In this document: piece after piece, positions 20,611-29,879 of the stretch
Position numbering within the stretch: position 1 is the first letter of the stretch
Layout: every line of letters starts with the position of its first letter
Notes under the pieces: model-generated
Database searches by the model: none
Told to the model about the DNA's origin: nothing
What the model saw: the letters and a program-made list of their open reading frames with translations, nothing else
Origin: Spirochaetia bacterium
GTDB taxonomy: Bacteria > Spirochaetota > Spirochaetia > DSM-2461
DNA: 64,000 nt
Reading direction: 5' to 3'
NCBI GenBank assembly: GCA_963668315.1
Contig: OY764216.1
Coordinates: 832,001-896,000, forward strand
Position numbers and translations under genes: made by a program

Positions 20611-21479
20611 ATTCTCCTCCATAACATGAAATTGTCCCGGAAGCGGTATTCCGCCAGGCCGGTATCGGCGAGATAGGACAGAAAAGACCTTACCGTGGAC
20701 CCGACAAGGGCGTACTGACCCCCGTTCAGAAGAATCCCGAATCGGTCGCAGAGCCGCTTGAGAATCGTATCGAAGGAGGATTCCTCCTCCAGTATGGCCA
20801 GAAGGCTCTCTTCAATCTCGTCGACCCGCTTCAGGTTCCGGTCGGCCGTTTCGGCGATATTCCCGCTTACGGGGCCGTGGGAAGGAACGACGAACCGGGC
20901 TTTCTCCTCGCGGACCCTTATGATGGAATTGCGGTAGGCGGCCACATCATAGATAAAGGGGATCTTATATTTGTCCAGAACATTCTCCCCGAACAGGCTG
21001 TCGGCGGCAAAAAGGACTTCGTCCGGAGTTTTCAGCCCGATCATCTGAAAGAAGTGGCCCTCAAGGGGAATGATGCGGATTCCGTTCTTCCACTCTTGGC
21101 TCTGATCGATGATTTCGGTAACCCGGGAAGGGCGGGCCTGAAAGAATTTGTTTCGCAGCTCGCCGATCTCTCTCCCTCCCCAGAGAAAGGATGTTTCCAG
21201 AACGGGTGATTCAATGAATGCCTTCTCCGTTTCGGCGGCATAGATTTCGCAGCCCAGATTTCTCTGCAGGTAATCGTTGCCTCCGATATGGTCGGCATTG
21301 GAGTGGGTGTTGATAATTCCTCTGAGCTGCCAGTTCTTCTCCTTGAGGATTTTGCCGATCTTCCGTCCCGATTCCTTATCATTCCCGCTGTCCACAAGAA
21401 GGATATCTCCCTTCTCTTCGAAAAAGCCGATATTGGTCGGTCCCTCAAGGACCCATGTCTTTTCGCCCAGTTGTGTCAT
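20607..21479 (-). CDS. MBL-fold metallo-hydrolase
   Basis: 'THSNADHIGG', 'GH', 'PSHG'. Confidence 0.9.
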   Translation of the reverse strand: MTQLGEKTWVLEGPTNIGFFEEKGDILLVDSGNDKESGRKIGKILKEKNWQLRGIINTHSNADHIGGNDYLQRNLGCEIYAAETEKAFIESPVLETSFLWGGREIGELRNKFFQARPSRVTEIIDQSQEWKNGIRIIPLEGHFFQMIGLKTPDEVLFAADSLFGENVLDKYKIPFIYDVAAYRNSIIRVREEKARFVVPSHGPVSGNIAETADRNLKRVDEIEESLLAILEEESSFDTILKRLCDRFGILLNGGQYALVGSTVRSFLSYLADTGLAEYRFRDNFMLWRRI

Positions 21480-21574
21480 GAAATCAGCTTAAACGGTAAA
21501 ATGCGTTCGCACAAGATTTTCTGAAAGGTTATCTGTGAAAAAAGTGAAATGACATACTATAATTAAAGTGTCCT

Positions 21575-22504
21575 ATGAAAAGAAAACGTCCTTTAATTCT
21601 TTGCCTGCTGTTCTCGCTTTTCATGGCAGGCTGCACGACGGTGGAAAGGAGAACTTCCTGGGAGCCGGATGACTACTTTTCCTATTATGGCGTGGAACAT
21701 CTGGCGGGAGAAAGGAGTTATGGGTTTATCGGGGAGGGTGAGGACAGTCTATGGACCTGGTCCGTTACTCCTCCCGAAGTTGAGGGAACGGTTCTTTTCC
21801 TTCACGGCTACCTGGATCATTCCGCCTTAAGTTCCCGGCTTCTGACTTTTCTCAACAGGGAGAAATACCGCATCGTCACCTATGATCTTCCCGGGCATGG
21901 TTTGTCCGGCGGGCAGAGGGCCGGGATGGACAATTTTGATGAGTACCGTGAAAGCCTGAGCCGGGTCATGGCCTACTGGCATCTGGAGCCTGAGGAAATT
22001 GTTTTCATTGGGCACAGCACCGGCGGGGCGGTGGTCCTGGACCGACTGCTAAGCGGGCAGAAAGCGAAGGGTGCTGTACTGGCGGCTCCCCTGATCCGGT
22101 TCAATCATTTCAAACGGGCGGCTTTTCTTCTGAATCATCTGCCCGAGAAGGTGGGGTCCTTGAAGACCAGTAAGAGACCTACGACTTCGGATAGGGAATT
22201 CACAGAGAAGAAACGGAGAGATCCTCTGGGTATAGAGCGGATGCCCGTGAACTGGCCCCGGGCGCTGATCGTCTGGGAGAAAGCTCTTCCCGACGGTCCT
22301 GCCCCTGTCGAGACACCCCTGCTTGTCGTCCAGGGCGGAAAGGACCGGGTCGTCGCCTATGAGGATAATACGGCACGCATTTCTCTGTGGTTTCCCCGGG
22401 CGGTGATAAAGTACTATCCGGGGCTGAAGCATCATATTCTCAATGAAGCCGATTCGGATGAACTTTATGGGGATATGGAACGCTTTCTTGAATCTCTGGA
22501 GTAA
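21575..22504 (+). CDS. Alpha/beta hydrolase (lysophospholipase-like), probable lipoprotein
   Basis: 'FLHGYLDH', 'DLPGHGLS', nucleophile 'GHSTGG'; lipobox 'FMAGC'. Confidence 0.9.
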   Translation: MKRKRPLILCLLFSLFMAGCTTVERRTSWEPDDYFSYYGVEHLAGERSYGFIGEGEDSLWTWSVTPPEVEGTVLFLHGYLDHSALSSRLLTFLNREKYRIVTYDLPGHGLSGGQRAGMDNFDEYRESLSRVMAYWHLEPEEIVFIGHSTGGAVVLDRLLSGQKAKGAVLAAPLIRFNHFKRAAFLLNHLPEKVGSLKTSKRPTTSDREFTEKKRRDPLGIERMPVNWPRALIVWEKALPDGPAPVETPLLVVQGGKDRVVAYEDNTARISLWFPRAVIKYYPGLKHHILNEADSDELYGDMERFLESLE

Positions 22505-23733
22505 CCCGTCCCCTTTTTTCTTTCGTAAAGATCGATCAAGCCCATTCCAATGGTGGCGGCCAGACCGACCAGAGCGGCTAGATGCCAGGTTGCCCGGAAA
22601 GAGGTTTTTTCCAGATAGGAGCCCAGAACGATAGGACCCGCTACGAAGCCCGAACCCATTATAATAGGCAGAACAGAGCTCATTCGTCCCCGATGAGTAG
22701 AGGGAGTATGACTCATGAGAAAGGGCATAAGACTGACCGCCTCGGAAATCTCACCCAGGGTGAAGATAAAGACGGAAAGAAAAAAAGCCGCCCGGAAATC
22801 GATAAAGCCGAGCAGCCCGAATCCCAGGGTGAATAATGCTCCCCCGTAGAAAATTTTCCTTATGGATGTGCGGTTTCTCAGGAAATAGGTCAGGAGGGGG
22901 GTAAAGATGACGACAATCAGGGCATTGAAACTCCCCAGGAGTCCAAAGAGGGCGGCTCCGGATTGGGGGAAACGGAATTCCGCATGAAGGGGAATCAGAA
23001 AGTGCCAGCATGAATAAAGAAACCTGTAACCGAAGCATACGAGAGCGAAAATAATCAGCAGAGGCCGTTCCCATAATACATGGAATATGGATTTATCCGA
23101 CGGGGCCGTCTCGTCATCGGCATCCATTTCCTCTTTCCTCAGGGCTTCATTCCGGGTTTCCGGGACAAGTAGACCGATCATAATTATGGCTATGGCTGCC
23201 GTCAAGGCGTCGATTAAAAACATAAGGGGCAGATGGATTTCAAACAGAAACCCGGCCAGAACCTGCGCTATGGCAAAACCGAAATTATAACCCAGATATC
23301 CCAGGGAGTAGGCGCCCTCTCTTTGGGCCGGTTCGGAAAGATCGGCCATCATGGCATCATGGGAAGGTCCGGCCGCTCCGAAGCAGAAGGTATTGAACAT
23401 AATCAGATAAACCATAGCCATTCCGGGCGTTATGAAAAGACAGGCCACGTAGCCCAGAGAAGCCAGTGATTCAAAAAGAATCAATACCGGTTTGCGTCCG
23501 ATTATATCGGAAAGTTTGCCTCCGATGAGGCTGGCGGGGGCCCATAGAATGGAACACATGGCAATATAAAAACCGGTATCTCCGGCGGACAGGCCTATTT
23601 TCCTGCTTAAGAGAAGAGTTAAAAAAGGGTGGATGAGAGTTCCCATGGCATTAATGGTTTTAGCCGAGACAATGATATAAATCTCTTTTCGCAGGCCTCT
23701 GTAGGGAGCCAGCAGCGATACCGCCTTCTTCAT
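22465..23733 (-). CDS. MFS transporter
   Basis: About 12 TM segments; motif A 'GKLSDIIGRKP'. Confidence 0.93.
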   Translation of the reverse strand: MKKAVSLLAPYRGLRKEIYIIVSAKTINAMGTLIHPFLTLLLSRKIGLSAGDTGFYIAMCSILWAPASLIGGKLSDIIGRKPVLILFESLASLGYVACLFITPGMAMVYLIMFNTFCFGAAGPSHDAMMADLSEPAQREGAYSLGYLGYNFGFAIAQVLAGFLFEIHLPLMFLIDALTAAIAIIMIGLLVPETRNEALRKEEMDADDETAPSDKSIFHVLWERPLLIIFALVCFGYRFLYSCWHFLIPLHAEFRFPQSGAALFGLLGSFNALIVVIFTPLLTYFLRNRTSIRKIFYGGALFTLGFGLLGFIDFRAAFFLSVFIFTLGEISEAVSLMPFLMSHTPSTHRGRMSSVLPIIMGSGFVAGPIVLGSYLEKTSFRATWHLAALVGLAATIGMGLIDLYERKKGTGYSRDSRKRSISP

Positions 23734-23837
23734 CCTTTTACAATAGAACGGACGGAAAATAATGGTCAAGGTGAGAAATTATTTATATTCAGACATACCC
23801 TTGCCATGATGGCTTCGGAAGGGTATTTTTTTACCCT

Positions 23838-24617
23838 ATGATAAAAGCGAGCAATAAAGACAAGGATAGGGTCCTGCCTTTCCTGAAAAGAAATCCTTCG
23901 GAGAACGGATTTTTTATTGGGGATCTGGAAAATTTCAGTCTGGATGAAGATTTCCTGGACCTGTGGTATGAGGAAAGGGAAGGGAGGATTGTTTCCGTTT
24001 TACTCCGGTACTATAAGGGCTATCTGGTCACTTCCGAAGAAACCCCGAATTTCGGGGAGATTGCCAGGGTTATAACGTCCGACCCTCTCAGGGAGCGTGT
24101 CTCCGGAATGGGGGATTCTATTACGGGACTGGCGAAATATATGGATCTGGGAAAAATCAGGAAGACAAATCTGGCGGTTCTTTCAGGGGAAAATTTCTCA
24201 GGCGTAACGAAGGGGGAAGAAGAGCCGGTCCGCTGCGGTGTGGACGGGATAGAGGAGCTTTTCACGTTCCTGAAAGGGATAGAAGAGTTTGAAGTCAGCG
24301 AAAATCAGCGTGACTCCTTCGGAAAGGAAATAAAAACAGCCACGGGGCGGGCCTATGTGATCCGCAGGGAGGGGCGTATTGTCGCCTGCGCGCAGATTTC
24401 TGCCGAGAACAGCCTGAACGGAACGGTTATGGGTGTTGCCACCGATGCCGGTTGGAGGCGCAAAGGCTTAGCCAGGTTGTGTGTAAGCCGCGCATGCCGG
24501 GATATGATCGATGACGGCAAGGAAGTCATCCTCTTCTATGACAATCCCCGCGCGGGAAAGCTGTATAAAGACCTGGGCTTTACCGACAGGGGCTGCTGGA
24601 TTATGTGCCGTCTATAA
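23838..24617 (+). CDS. GNAT-family acetyltransferase
   Basis: 'GVATDAGWRRKGLA', 'LFYDNPRAGKLYKDLGF'. Confidence 0.9.
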   Translation: MIKASNKDKDRVLPFLKRNPSENGFFIGDLENFSLDEDFLDLWYEEREGRIVSVLLRYYKGYLVTSEETPNFGEIARVITSDPLRERVSGMGDSITGLAKYMDLGKIRKTNLAVLSGENFSGVTKGEEEPVRCGVDGIEELFTFLKGIEEFEVSENQRDSFGKEIKTATGRAYVIRREGRIVACAQISAENSLNGTVMGVATDAGWRRKGLARLCVSRACRDMIDDGKEVILFYDNPRAGKLYKDLGFTDRGCWIMCRL

Positions 24618-25121
24618 CTGCTTTTCGTAGCAGTGGTACTCCTGGTGGCCTACCGGTTTATAATCGAACTGCACGGCGCCCCGCTTTACGAAGCCGGACT
24701 TCTCATACAATCCTACGGCGGCCCGGTTCTCGGGGAAAACATCCAGGCGCATAATCGCATAGCCCTTTTCCCGGGCGAAATCCTCGCATGTCTTCAGAAC
24801 CTTTTTCCCGTAACCCCGGCCCTGCTTCTCCGGGTCAACGACCAGTCCGTGAACGGCGCAGGGAACGGTATCGTTGAACTGCCATTCAACCTCTTTCCAC
24901 TCATCGGCCTGTGTCTCGTTCAGAACCACCGTTCCCACGACCTGATCCCCGTCGACAAGAAGATACTGCTCGCGGCTCTCTATACACCGGGCGACCGATT
25001 CGTCGTTGGGGTATTTTTCGTTCCACTGATAAATGCCGCGGCCGTTTAAATCGTCCTTGCATCGGTTATAGAGAGACATCAGACGGGCATGATCTTCCTT
25101 TCGGGCTCTAACAATTTCCAT
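24612..25121 (-). CDS. GNAT-family acetyltransferase
   Basis: 'VDPEKQGRGYG', 'NRAAVGLYEKSGF'. Confidence 0.9.
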   Translation of the reverse strand: MEIVRARKEDHARLMSLYNRCKDDLNGRGIYQWNEKYPNDESVARCIESREQYLLVDGDQVVGTVVLNETQADEWKEVEWQFNDTVPCAVHGLVVDPEKQGRGYGKKVLKTCEDFAREKGYAIMRLDVFPENRAAVGLYEKSGFVKRGAVQFDYKPVGHQEYHCYEKQL

Positions 25122-25125
25122 GGGT

Positions 25126-25584
25126 TTATCCTTCATTTTCTGACTTTTCGGAGAGAGAGAATACAAGTTTATCCAGAGTCGTCTTGATCGTTTTCAGCTC
25201 TTCTTTTTCAAAAGGGCCTTCCAGAATGCGCGAGAGCAGCATCTCCGGTATTTTCAGAGCTTCCTGCCGCATATCTCTTCCCTTCTGCGTCAGAGCGACA
25301 ATCACCCGTCTTTCATCTTTCAGGGAGCGTTTCCTCTCCACCAGTCCCTGTTGTTCCATCCTTTTCAGGAGGGGAGTCACCGTATTGGTATTCAGGATGA
25401 GAAGCCGGGCAATTTCGTTGACGGTTAGAGCGTCATTTTCCCACAGGACCATCATGGCCAGGTACTGGGGATAGGTGATCCCCAGTTCGTCCAGGTGGGG
25501 CTGGTACTCCCTGATGATCAGCCGGGAGGCGGCATATATGGGGAAACAGAGCTGATTTTTCAGCAGCAGCGGATCGTTACTCAT
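25126..25584 (-). CDS. ohrR: MarR-family, OhrR-like peroxide-sensing regulator
   Basis: 'LKNQLCFPIYAASR' with the conserved redox Cys; 'LGITYPQYL', 'TPLLKRME', 'DER'. Confidence 0.85.
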   Translation of the reverse strand: MSNDPLLLKNQLCFPIYAASRLIIREYQPHLDELGITYPQYLAMMVLWENDALTVNEIARLLILNTNTVTPLLKRMEQQGLVERKRSLKDERRVIVALTQKGRDMRQEALKIPEMLLSRILEGPFEKEELKTIKTTLDKLVFSLSEKSENEG

Positions 25585-25615
25585 GAATGACTCCTGTTTG
25601 ACTCTACCGTCATGA

Positions 25616-25662
25616 ACGGGAATTGTCAATCTACGGGAAGGATCTTCTCTATGTGCCTGACC
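25616..25662. repeat. Direct repeat copy 1 (47 bp), duplicate of the gpx 3' end
   Basis: ACGGGAATTGTCAATCTACGGGAAGGATCTTCTCTATGTGCCTGACC, identical to 28797-28843. Confidence 0.97.
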
Positions 25663-25815
25663 TTTTGGATGACGAATCGATTCTGATTTAAAAGAAAGGT
25701 CTATGGCCTGATAGGAATCAGAACGGAGGGATTACTTTTATCAAAATACGAAATAATATATGGGTTTTTATTATAAGACTGTGGTATGTTATTTTTTTCA
25801 AAATAGGGGGACTAA

Positions 25816-28314
25816 ATGAAGAATCTATTAATGCTTTTGCTTGTCATGCTTTTACTCGTCTTTTTAACCGGATGTCCGGATATTTCCAGCCATTCTGAGG
25901 ATAACCCTTCGCAGAATGAGGTTAAATATTACACCCTGGCAGTGGATTGTCAGCAGGGAAGCGGTACCGGAGCAGTGCTCATTAATCCGCTTCCAGGGGA
26001 TAAGGGATATGAGGAAGGCACGGTTGTTACTCTAACGGCTCAACCAGAACAAGGCTCTTCCTTTCTCAGCTGGAGCGGAGTCACCACGTCTCTGGGAGAT
26101 GTCGCTACCGTTACCATGGACTCGGATAAATCTGTGGAATGTACATTCGTACCCGGAACGACATATTCTCTTTCTCTTATCTCCGATCTACCCGGAGGGG
26201 CTACTTTTTCGGAATCTTCCCTATCCTATCATCTTGAAAATGAATCGGTTATTGTCTTCGTCTATCCTTCCCAATACTACAGTTTCCATTCATGGTCCGA
26301 CGGGAATACGGATAATCCGAGAACAATTGTGATGGACAGTGATAAGACTTTAACCGTAAATCTGGACTGCACTCTCCCCGAATGGACCGTGATAGCCCAT
26401 TTTGCCATTGATAATAATATTGATTATGATTTTGAGAAAGAAGTCGGAATCATGGCGGATTACCTTGGTACACTGGAAGAAGTGAAGGCTCTGGATTCGG
26501 ATGATAACATAAATATAATCGTCTATATGGATGGATGCCAGACGTATGATGGGTATGAATCTCCCTATGACGACGGTTATTATGTGCTGACGGGAGGAGC
26601 GTTCAAAGATGACAGGCTTGTTGCTGTCGATGAGGTAAATTCGGGAAGCCTGGGCGAAACAGAAGATATGCTGAAGTGGGTCGTGAATAACTATCCCGGT
26701 CAGCATTACCTTTACAGTATTTTCAATCACGGTGGCGGATTTGATGACCTGAATTCATCTGGAACATACGGTGACAGGGGTATAGGATTTGACGATAGTG
26801 ATAATGACTCATTATCCCATAAGGAACTGGGACAGGCGGTGGCTTACCTTAAGAGTCTGATTGGCCGTAACGTCGATCTCTTCTATCCCTATGCCTGTCT
26901 CATGGGAGGGGTTGAAATGGCCTATGAAGTTCGAAACTCCGCCGATTACATACTTTTCAGTGAAGAAGTTTTTCCTGCTGAGAAGTGGTCCTACGAAGCA
27001 TTGGAGGAGATTATTGATAATCCTTCCATCGATGGGGAAACTCTCGGTTCCGCCTTTTGCGATAGTGCCTATGATTACTTCAATAATACCACATGGAGGG
27101 ATTTTACCCTTTCTCTTGTTGATCTTTCGGAAATTGACGCTTTGGTAGAGTCCCTGGATGATCTGGCTCTGGCTGCCATAGCGGATATCAACAGCGACAG
27201 CAGCGTTGCTGCAGCATATAACAGCGCCTCATCTTTCACTCTGTCCATGGATACCAACTATTACCATGATATCCTCTCCTATATGAATGCGCTCACTGCT
27301 GAGGGCAGTATATCGGCGGAGGTAAAAAACAGGGCAAATGGTGTTATTGCCAATCTGAATAATGCGGTCGCTGCTTTTAGCGAAAACAATTACAGTGATG
27401 CGGGAGGTATCTCCATTTTAAATTACCAGTGGTATTATAAAAACTATCCCTCTTCCCTTTATGAAGACATCCTTCAATTCGGCCAAGACACATCATGGGC
27501 GGATTTTCAGGATCTTATCGCTTCGTTCAAGGTAGAGATAGCGCCGGATGACTATGAAACGGATCATGACCCGGAAGGATATTCTTTGGCGATGGCTAAG
27601 ACATTGACTGTCGGAACTACTCCTCAACATCATAGCTTTCATGAAAATGATCCCTACGATGTTGTGAAAGGCTATCTGGAAGGTGGGAAGGGATATATGG
27701 TTACCATAGGAGATTCTGATGACCGCCCGGACATCGCCCCGTTGGCCTCTCCCGATCTGGTCTTTTTTGATAGTTATGGTAACTACTTGGGTTATTCCAG
27801 TAGATCGTTGTTGTTTACCTGTCCGACGAGCGGCATCTACTACATAATTATTGATAATTATTATGAACAGGAGACCTGTTATACCCTATCCTGTGCGGAA
27901 TATGATTTTTCTTCCGATTCCTATGAACCGGATGATACAATTGCAGATGCGACCCCCATAGGGACAGGTGAGACGCAGAATCATACGATACATGATTCGG
28001 ATGATGTAGACTATCTTTCCTTTACTACGACGGAAGGGGAAGATTATACCATCTCCATACCTGATGAAGGATACGAGGTGGCAGATATGTATCTTTTTGA
28101 TGCGGATAATTTGTCTAGTAATATCGGCTACGGCTATGAGGGAGAGAATATCAATCTTTCCGATGCGGATGGTGGTACTTATTATATTAAAGTTGAATGT
28201 TATGATGTTGGCAAGTACAGCGTAAGTCTTAATACTGGTACATTTTATTCCGAAAAGAGTTTATCCCGCCGGGAAAGGCATGCCGCGCGGCTGCAATGGG
28301 ATCTTGAGCTGTGA
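25816..28314 (+). CDS. Clostripain-related (C11) cysteine peptidase lipoprotein with InlB-B-repeat-like and PPC-like domains
   Basis: Lipobox 'VFLTGC'; 'GTVVTLTAQPEQGSSFLSWSG' repeat domains; catalytic 'NHGGG' and 'ACLMG'; C-terminal 'DSYEPDDT...D.VDY' PPC-like modules. Confidence 0.85.
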   Translation: MKNLLMLLLVMLLLVFLTGCPDISSHSEDNPSQNEVKYYTLAVDCQQGSGTGAVLINPLPGDKGYEEGTVVTLTAQPEQGSSFLSWSGVTTSLGDVATVTMDSDKSVECTFVPGTTYSLSLISDLPGGATFSESSLSYHLENESVIVFVYPSQYYSFHSWSDGNTDNPRTIVMDSDKTLTVNLDCTLPEWTVIAHFAIDNNIDYDFEKEVGIMADYLGTLEEVKALDSDDNINIIVYMDGCQTYDGYESPYDDGYYVLTGGAFKDDRLVAVDEVNSGSLGETEDMLKWVVNNYPGQHYLYSIFNHGGGFDDLNSSGTYGDRGIGFDDSDNDSLSHKELGQAVAYLKSLIGRNVDLFYPYACLMGGVEMAYEVRNSADYILFSEEVFPAEKWSYEALEEIIDNPSIDGETLGSAFCDSAYDYFNNTTWRDFTLSLVDLSEIDALVESLDDLALAAIADINSDSSVAAAYNSASSFTLSMDTNYYHDILSYMNALTAEGSISAEVKNRANGVIANLNNAVAAFSENNYSDAGGISILNYQWYYKNYPSSLYEDILQFGQDTSWADFQDLIASFKVEIAPDDYETDHDPEGYSLAMAKTLTVGTTPQHHSFHENDPYDVVKGYLEGGKGYMVTIGDSDDRPDIAPLASPDLVFFDSYGNYLGYSSRSLLFTCPTSGIYYIIIDNYYEQETCYTLSCAEYDFSSDSYEPDDTIADATPIGTGETQNHTIHDSDDVDYLSFTTTEGEDYTISIPDEGYEVADMYLFDADNLSSNIGYGYEGENINLSDADGGTYYIKVECYDVGKYSVSLNTGTFYSEKSLSRRERHAARLQWDLEL

Positions 28315-28706
28315 TTGATATAGCAAAAAGGATTCTTTCCTGCTTTGTATTTCTCTTGTTTCTCTTTTCCTGTTTTTCCTCCCCCCGGGGAGGAGATAGT
28401 CAGGATGCGACCATAGCGGCAACGGACAATGATGCGGATTATACTGTTCTTGAGGGCTTCATTTTGCTTGTAAAAGATAAGGAGGGGACATTAAGCGAGA
28501 ATTCCTATTATGTCCTTTCCGATAGCGGCTCTGTCAACCGCGGCGGAATTCTTCTGTTTCAAGAGACTTCGGGCAGATCTCGCGGATTTGATCAATATAT
28601 AGGCTTAAAAGTGAAACTCGAAGGTTACTATGGTAGAGGCCAGTCCGGGTGGAAGGGACTGGAGGGCAGGGGATTTGTCGTCAGGACGATTTCCCTCTAT
28701 GAATAG
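28311..28706 (+). CDS. Hypothetical lipoprotein
   Basis: GTGA overlap with the peptidase stop; lipobox-like 'FLFSC'. Confidence 0.7.
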   Translation: MIDIAKRILSCFVFLLFLFSCFSSPRGGDSQDATIAATDNDADYTVLEGFILLVKDKEGTLSENSYYVLSDSGSVNRGGILLFQETSGRSRGFDQYIGLKVKLEGYYGRGQSGWKGLEGRGFVVRTISLYE

Positions 28707-28724
28707 ATAGTCTTTCCCAATCAC

Positions 28725-28749
28725 CCCCTGCAGTGAAATACCGCAGGGG
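28725..28749. terminator. Hairpin between convergent cassette genes and gpx
   Basis: CCCCCTGC-AGTGAAATACC-GCAGGGGG. Confidence 0.55.
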
Positions 28750-28796
28750 AGGGATCTGCTCTTTTTGCATGATTAAGCCTTTTCCTCTCTTAGGGG

Positions 28797-28843
28797 ACGG
28801 GAATTGTCAATCTACGGGAAGGATCTTCTCTATGTGCCTGACC
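28797..28843. repeat. Direct repeat copy 2 (47 bp), overlapping the gpx stop codon
   Basis: Identical to 25616-25662; 37 nt of gpx coding end plus 10 nt downstream. Confidence 0.97.
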
Positions 28844-29292
28844 AGCTTCTCCGGTTTGACCGTCGGGGCGAACCGTTTTACCGGCTTACCTTCCCTGTCT
28901 ATAAGGAATTTCGTGAAATTCCATTTGATTTTGTCCCCGCCGAATCCCTTGAGTTCGCTTCTCAGGTATTTGAAGAGGGGGTGGGCCGAATCGCCGTTAA
29001 CATCAACTTTGGAAAATACGGGAAAACTGACGCCGTAATTTATCAGACAGCCTTCCGATATTGACTTGTTGTCGCCCGGTTCCTGGTTGGCGAACTGGTT
29101 GCAGGGGAATCCCAGAATGACAAGACCCTTGTCCTTGTAGTTCCTGTAGAGTTCTTCCAGACCTTTGTATTGGGGGGTTAAGCCGCATTTGCTGGCCGTG
29201 TTGACCACAAGGACGGCTTTGCCCTTGAACTCTTCCATGGCGATTTTTTTACCCTGAAGGGTTTCCGCTTCGAACTGATAGAATGATGACAT
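28807..29292 (-). CDS. gpx: Glutathione peroxidase (Cys type)
   Basis: 'NTASKCGLTPQY', 'LGFPCNQF', 'IKWNFTKFL'; AAGGAG RBS. Confidence 0.96.
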   Translation of the reverse strand: MSSFYQFEAETLQGKKIAMEEFKGKAVLVVNTASKCGLTPQYKGLEELYRNYKDKGLVILGFPCNQFANQEPGDNKSISEGCLINYGVSFPVFSKVDVNGDSAHPLFKYLRSELKGFGGDKIKWNFTKFLIDREGKPVKRFAPTVKPEKLVRHIEKILPVD

Positions 29293-29306
29293 CTTCTGCT
29301 CCTTTC

Positions 29307-29355
29307 TTAATGATATCATTAATATATATCGCGCACGATAAAATAGCAAGCGATA
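29307..29355. promoter_or_regulatory. Palindromic operator candidates upstream of gpx
   Basis: Perfect palindrome TTAATGATATCATTAA (29307-29322) and tandem boxes TATCGCGCACGATA / AATAGCAAGCGATA (29327-29355). Confidence 0.55.
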
Positions 29356-29420
29356 CAAATAATAAAATTGAAAATTTATCAAAATAGAGTATACTGGTGA
29401 AATTATTTAAGGGGGATCTT

Positions 29421-29879
29421 ATGATTAAGGATACTATCAGCAACAGAAAGACCTATGAGGGACTGAAGCCGGAACTGGCAAAGGCTCTCGATTTTCTGGC
29501 AGATCTGGATAAAGACGACTTTAGCGTGAAAACGATTGAAATCGACGGACGGAATCTTTTCGTCATGCTTCAGACCTACGAAACGGAGTTTTTCAAGGAA
29601 CACCGTTATGAAAGCCACAAAAACTACCTGGATATTCAGTTTGTCCTGGATGGCTCGGAAATCATCCGTGTGGCCGATGTTTCCGACCTCTCTCTGTCCC
29701 AGGAATATAATCCCGATAAGGATATTATGTTTTACAGCGGAGAGAGCGAAGGGATCGATGTGACTCTGAAGGCGGGGGATTTTGTGGTTCTCTATCCCCA
29801 GGACGGTCATATGCCCAAACTGGCGGCGGGAACGCCGGGGACGCTTAAAAAAGCGGTCGTGAAGATCAAACTGTCTTAG
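29421..29879 (+). CDS. YhcH/YjgK/YiaL-family protein
   Basis: 'ESHKNYLDIQFVLDGSE', 'YPQDGHMP', 'KAVVKI'. Confidence 0.92.
   Translation: MIKDTISNRKTYEGLKPELAKALDFLADLDKDDFSVKTIEIDGRNLFVMLQTYETEFFKEHRYESHKNYLDIQFVLDGSEIIRVADVSDLSLSQEYNPDKDIMFYSGESEGIDVTLKAGDFVVLYPQDGHMPKLAAGTPGTLKKAVVKIKLS

Larger units (their letters stand above)
25663..28796. mobile_element. Putative inserted cassette (clostripain-like lipoprotein + small lipoprotein) bounded by 47-bp direct repeats; no mobility gene
   Basis: Flanking perfect repeats; visibly AT-richer; opposite orientation to the flanking gpx and ohrR. Confidence 0.65.

Noticed and set aside
25681..25723. Inverted repeat TTCTGATT...AATCAGAA at the cassette end as an integron attC site
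   Set aside because: Lacks RYYYAAC/GTTRRRY core sites; no integron integrase in the window.
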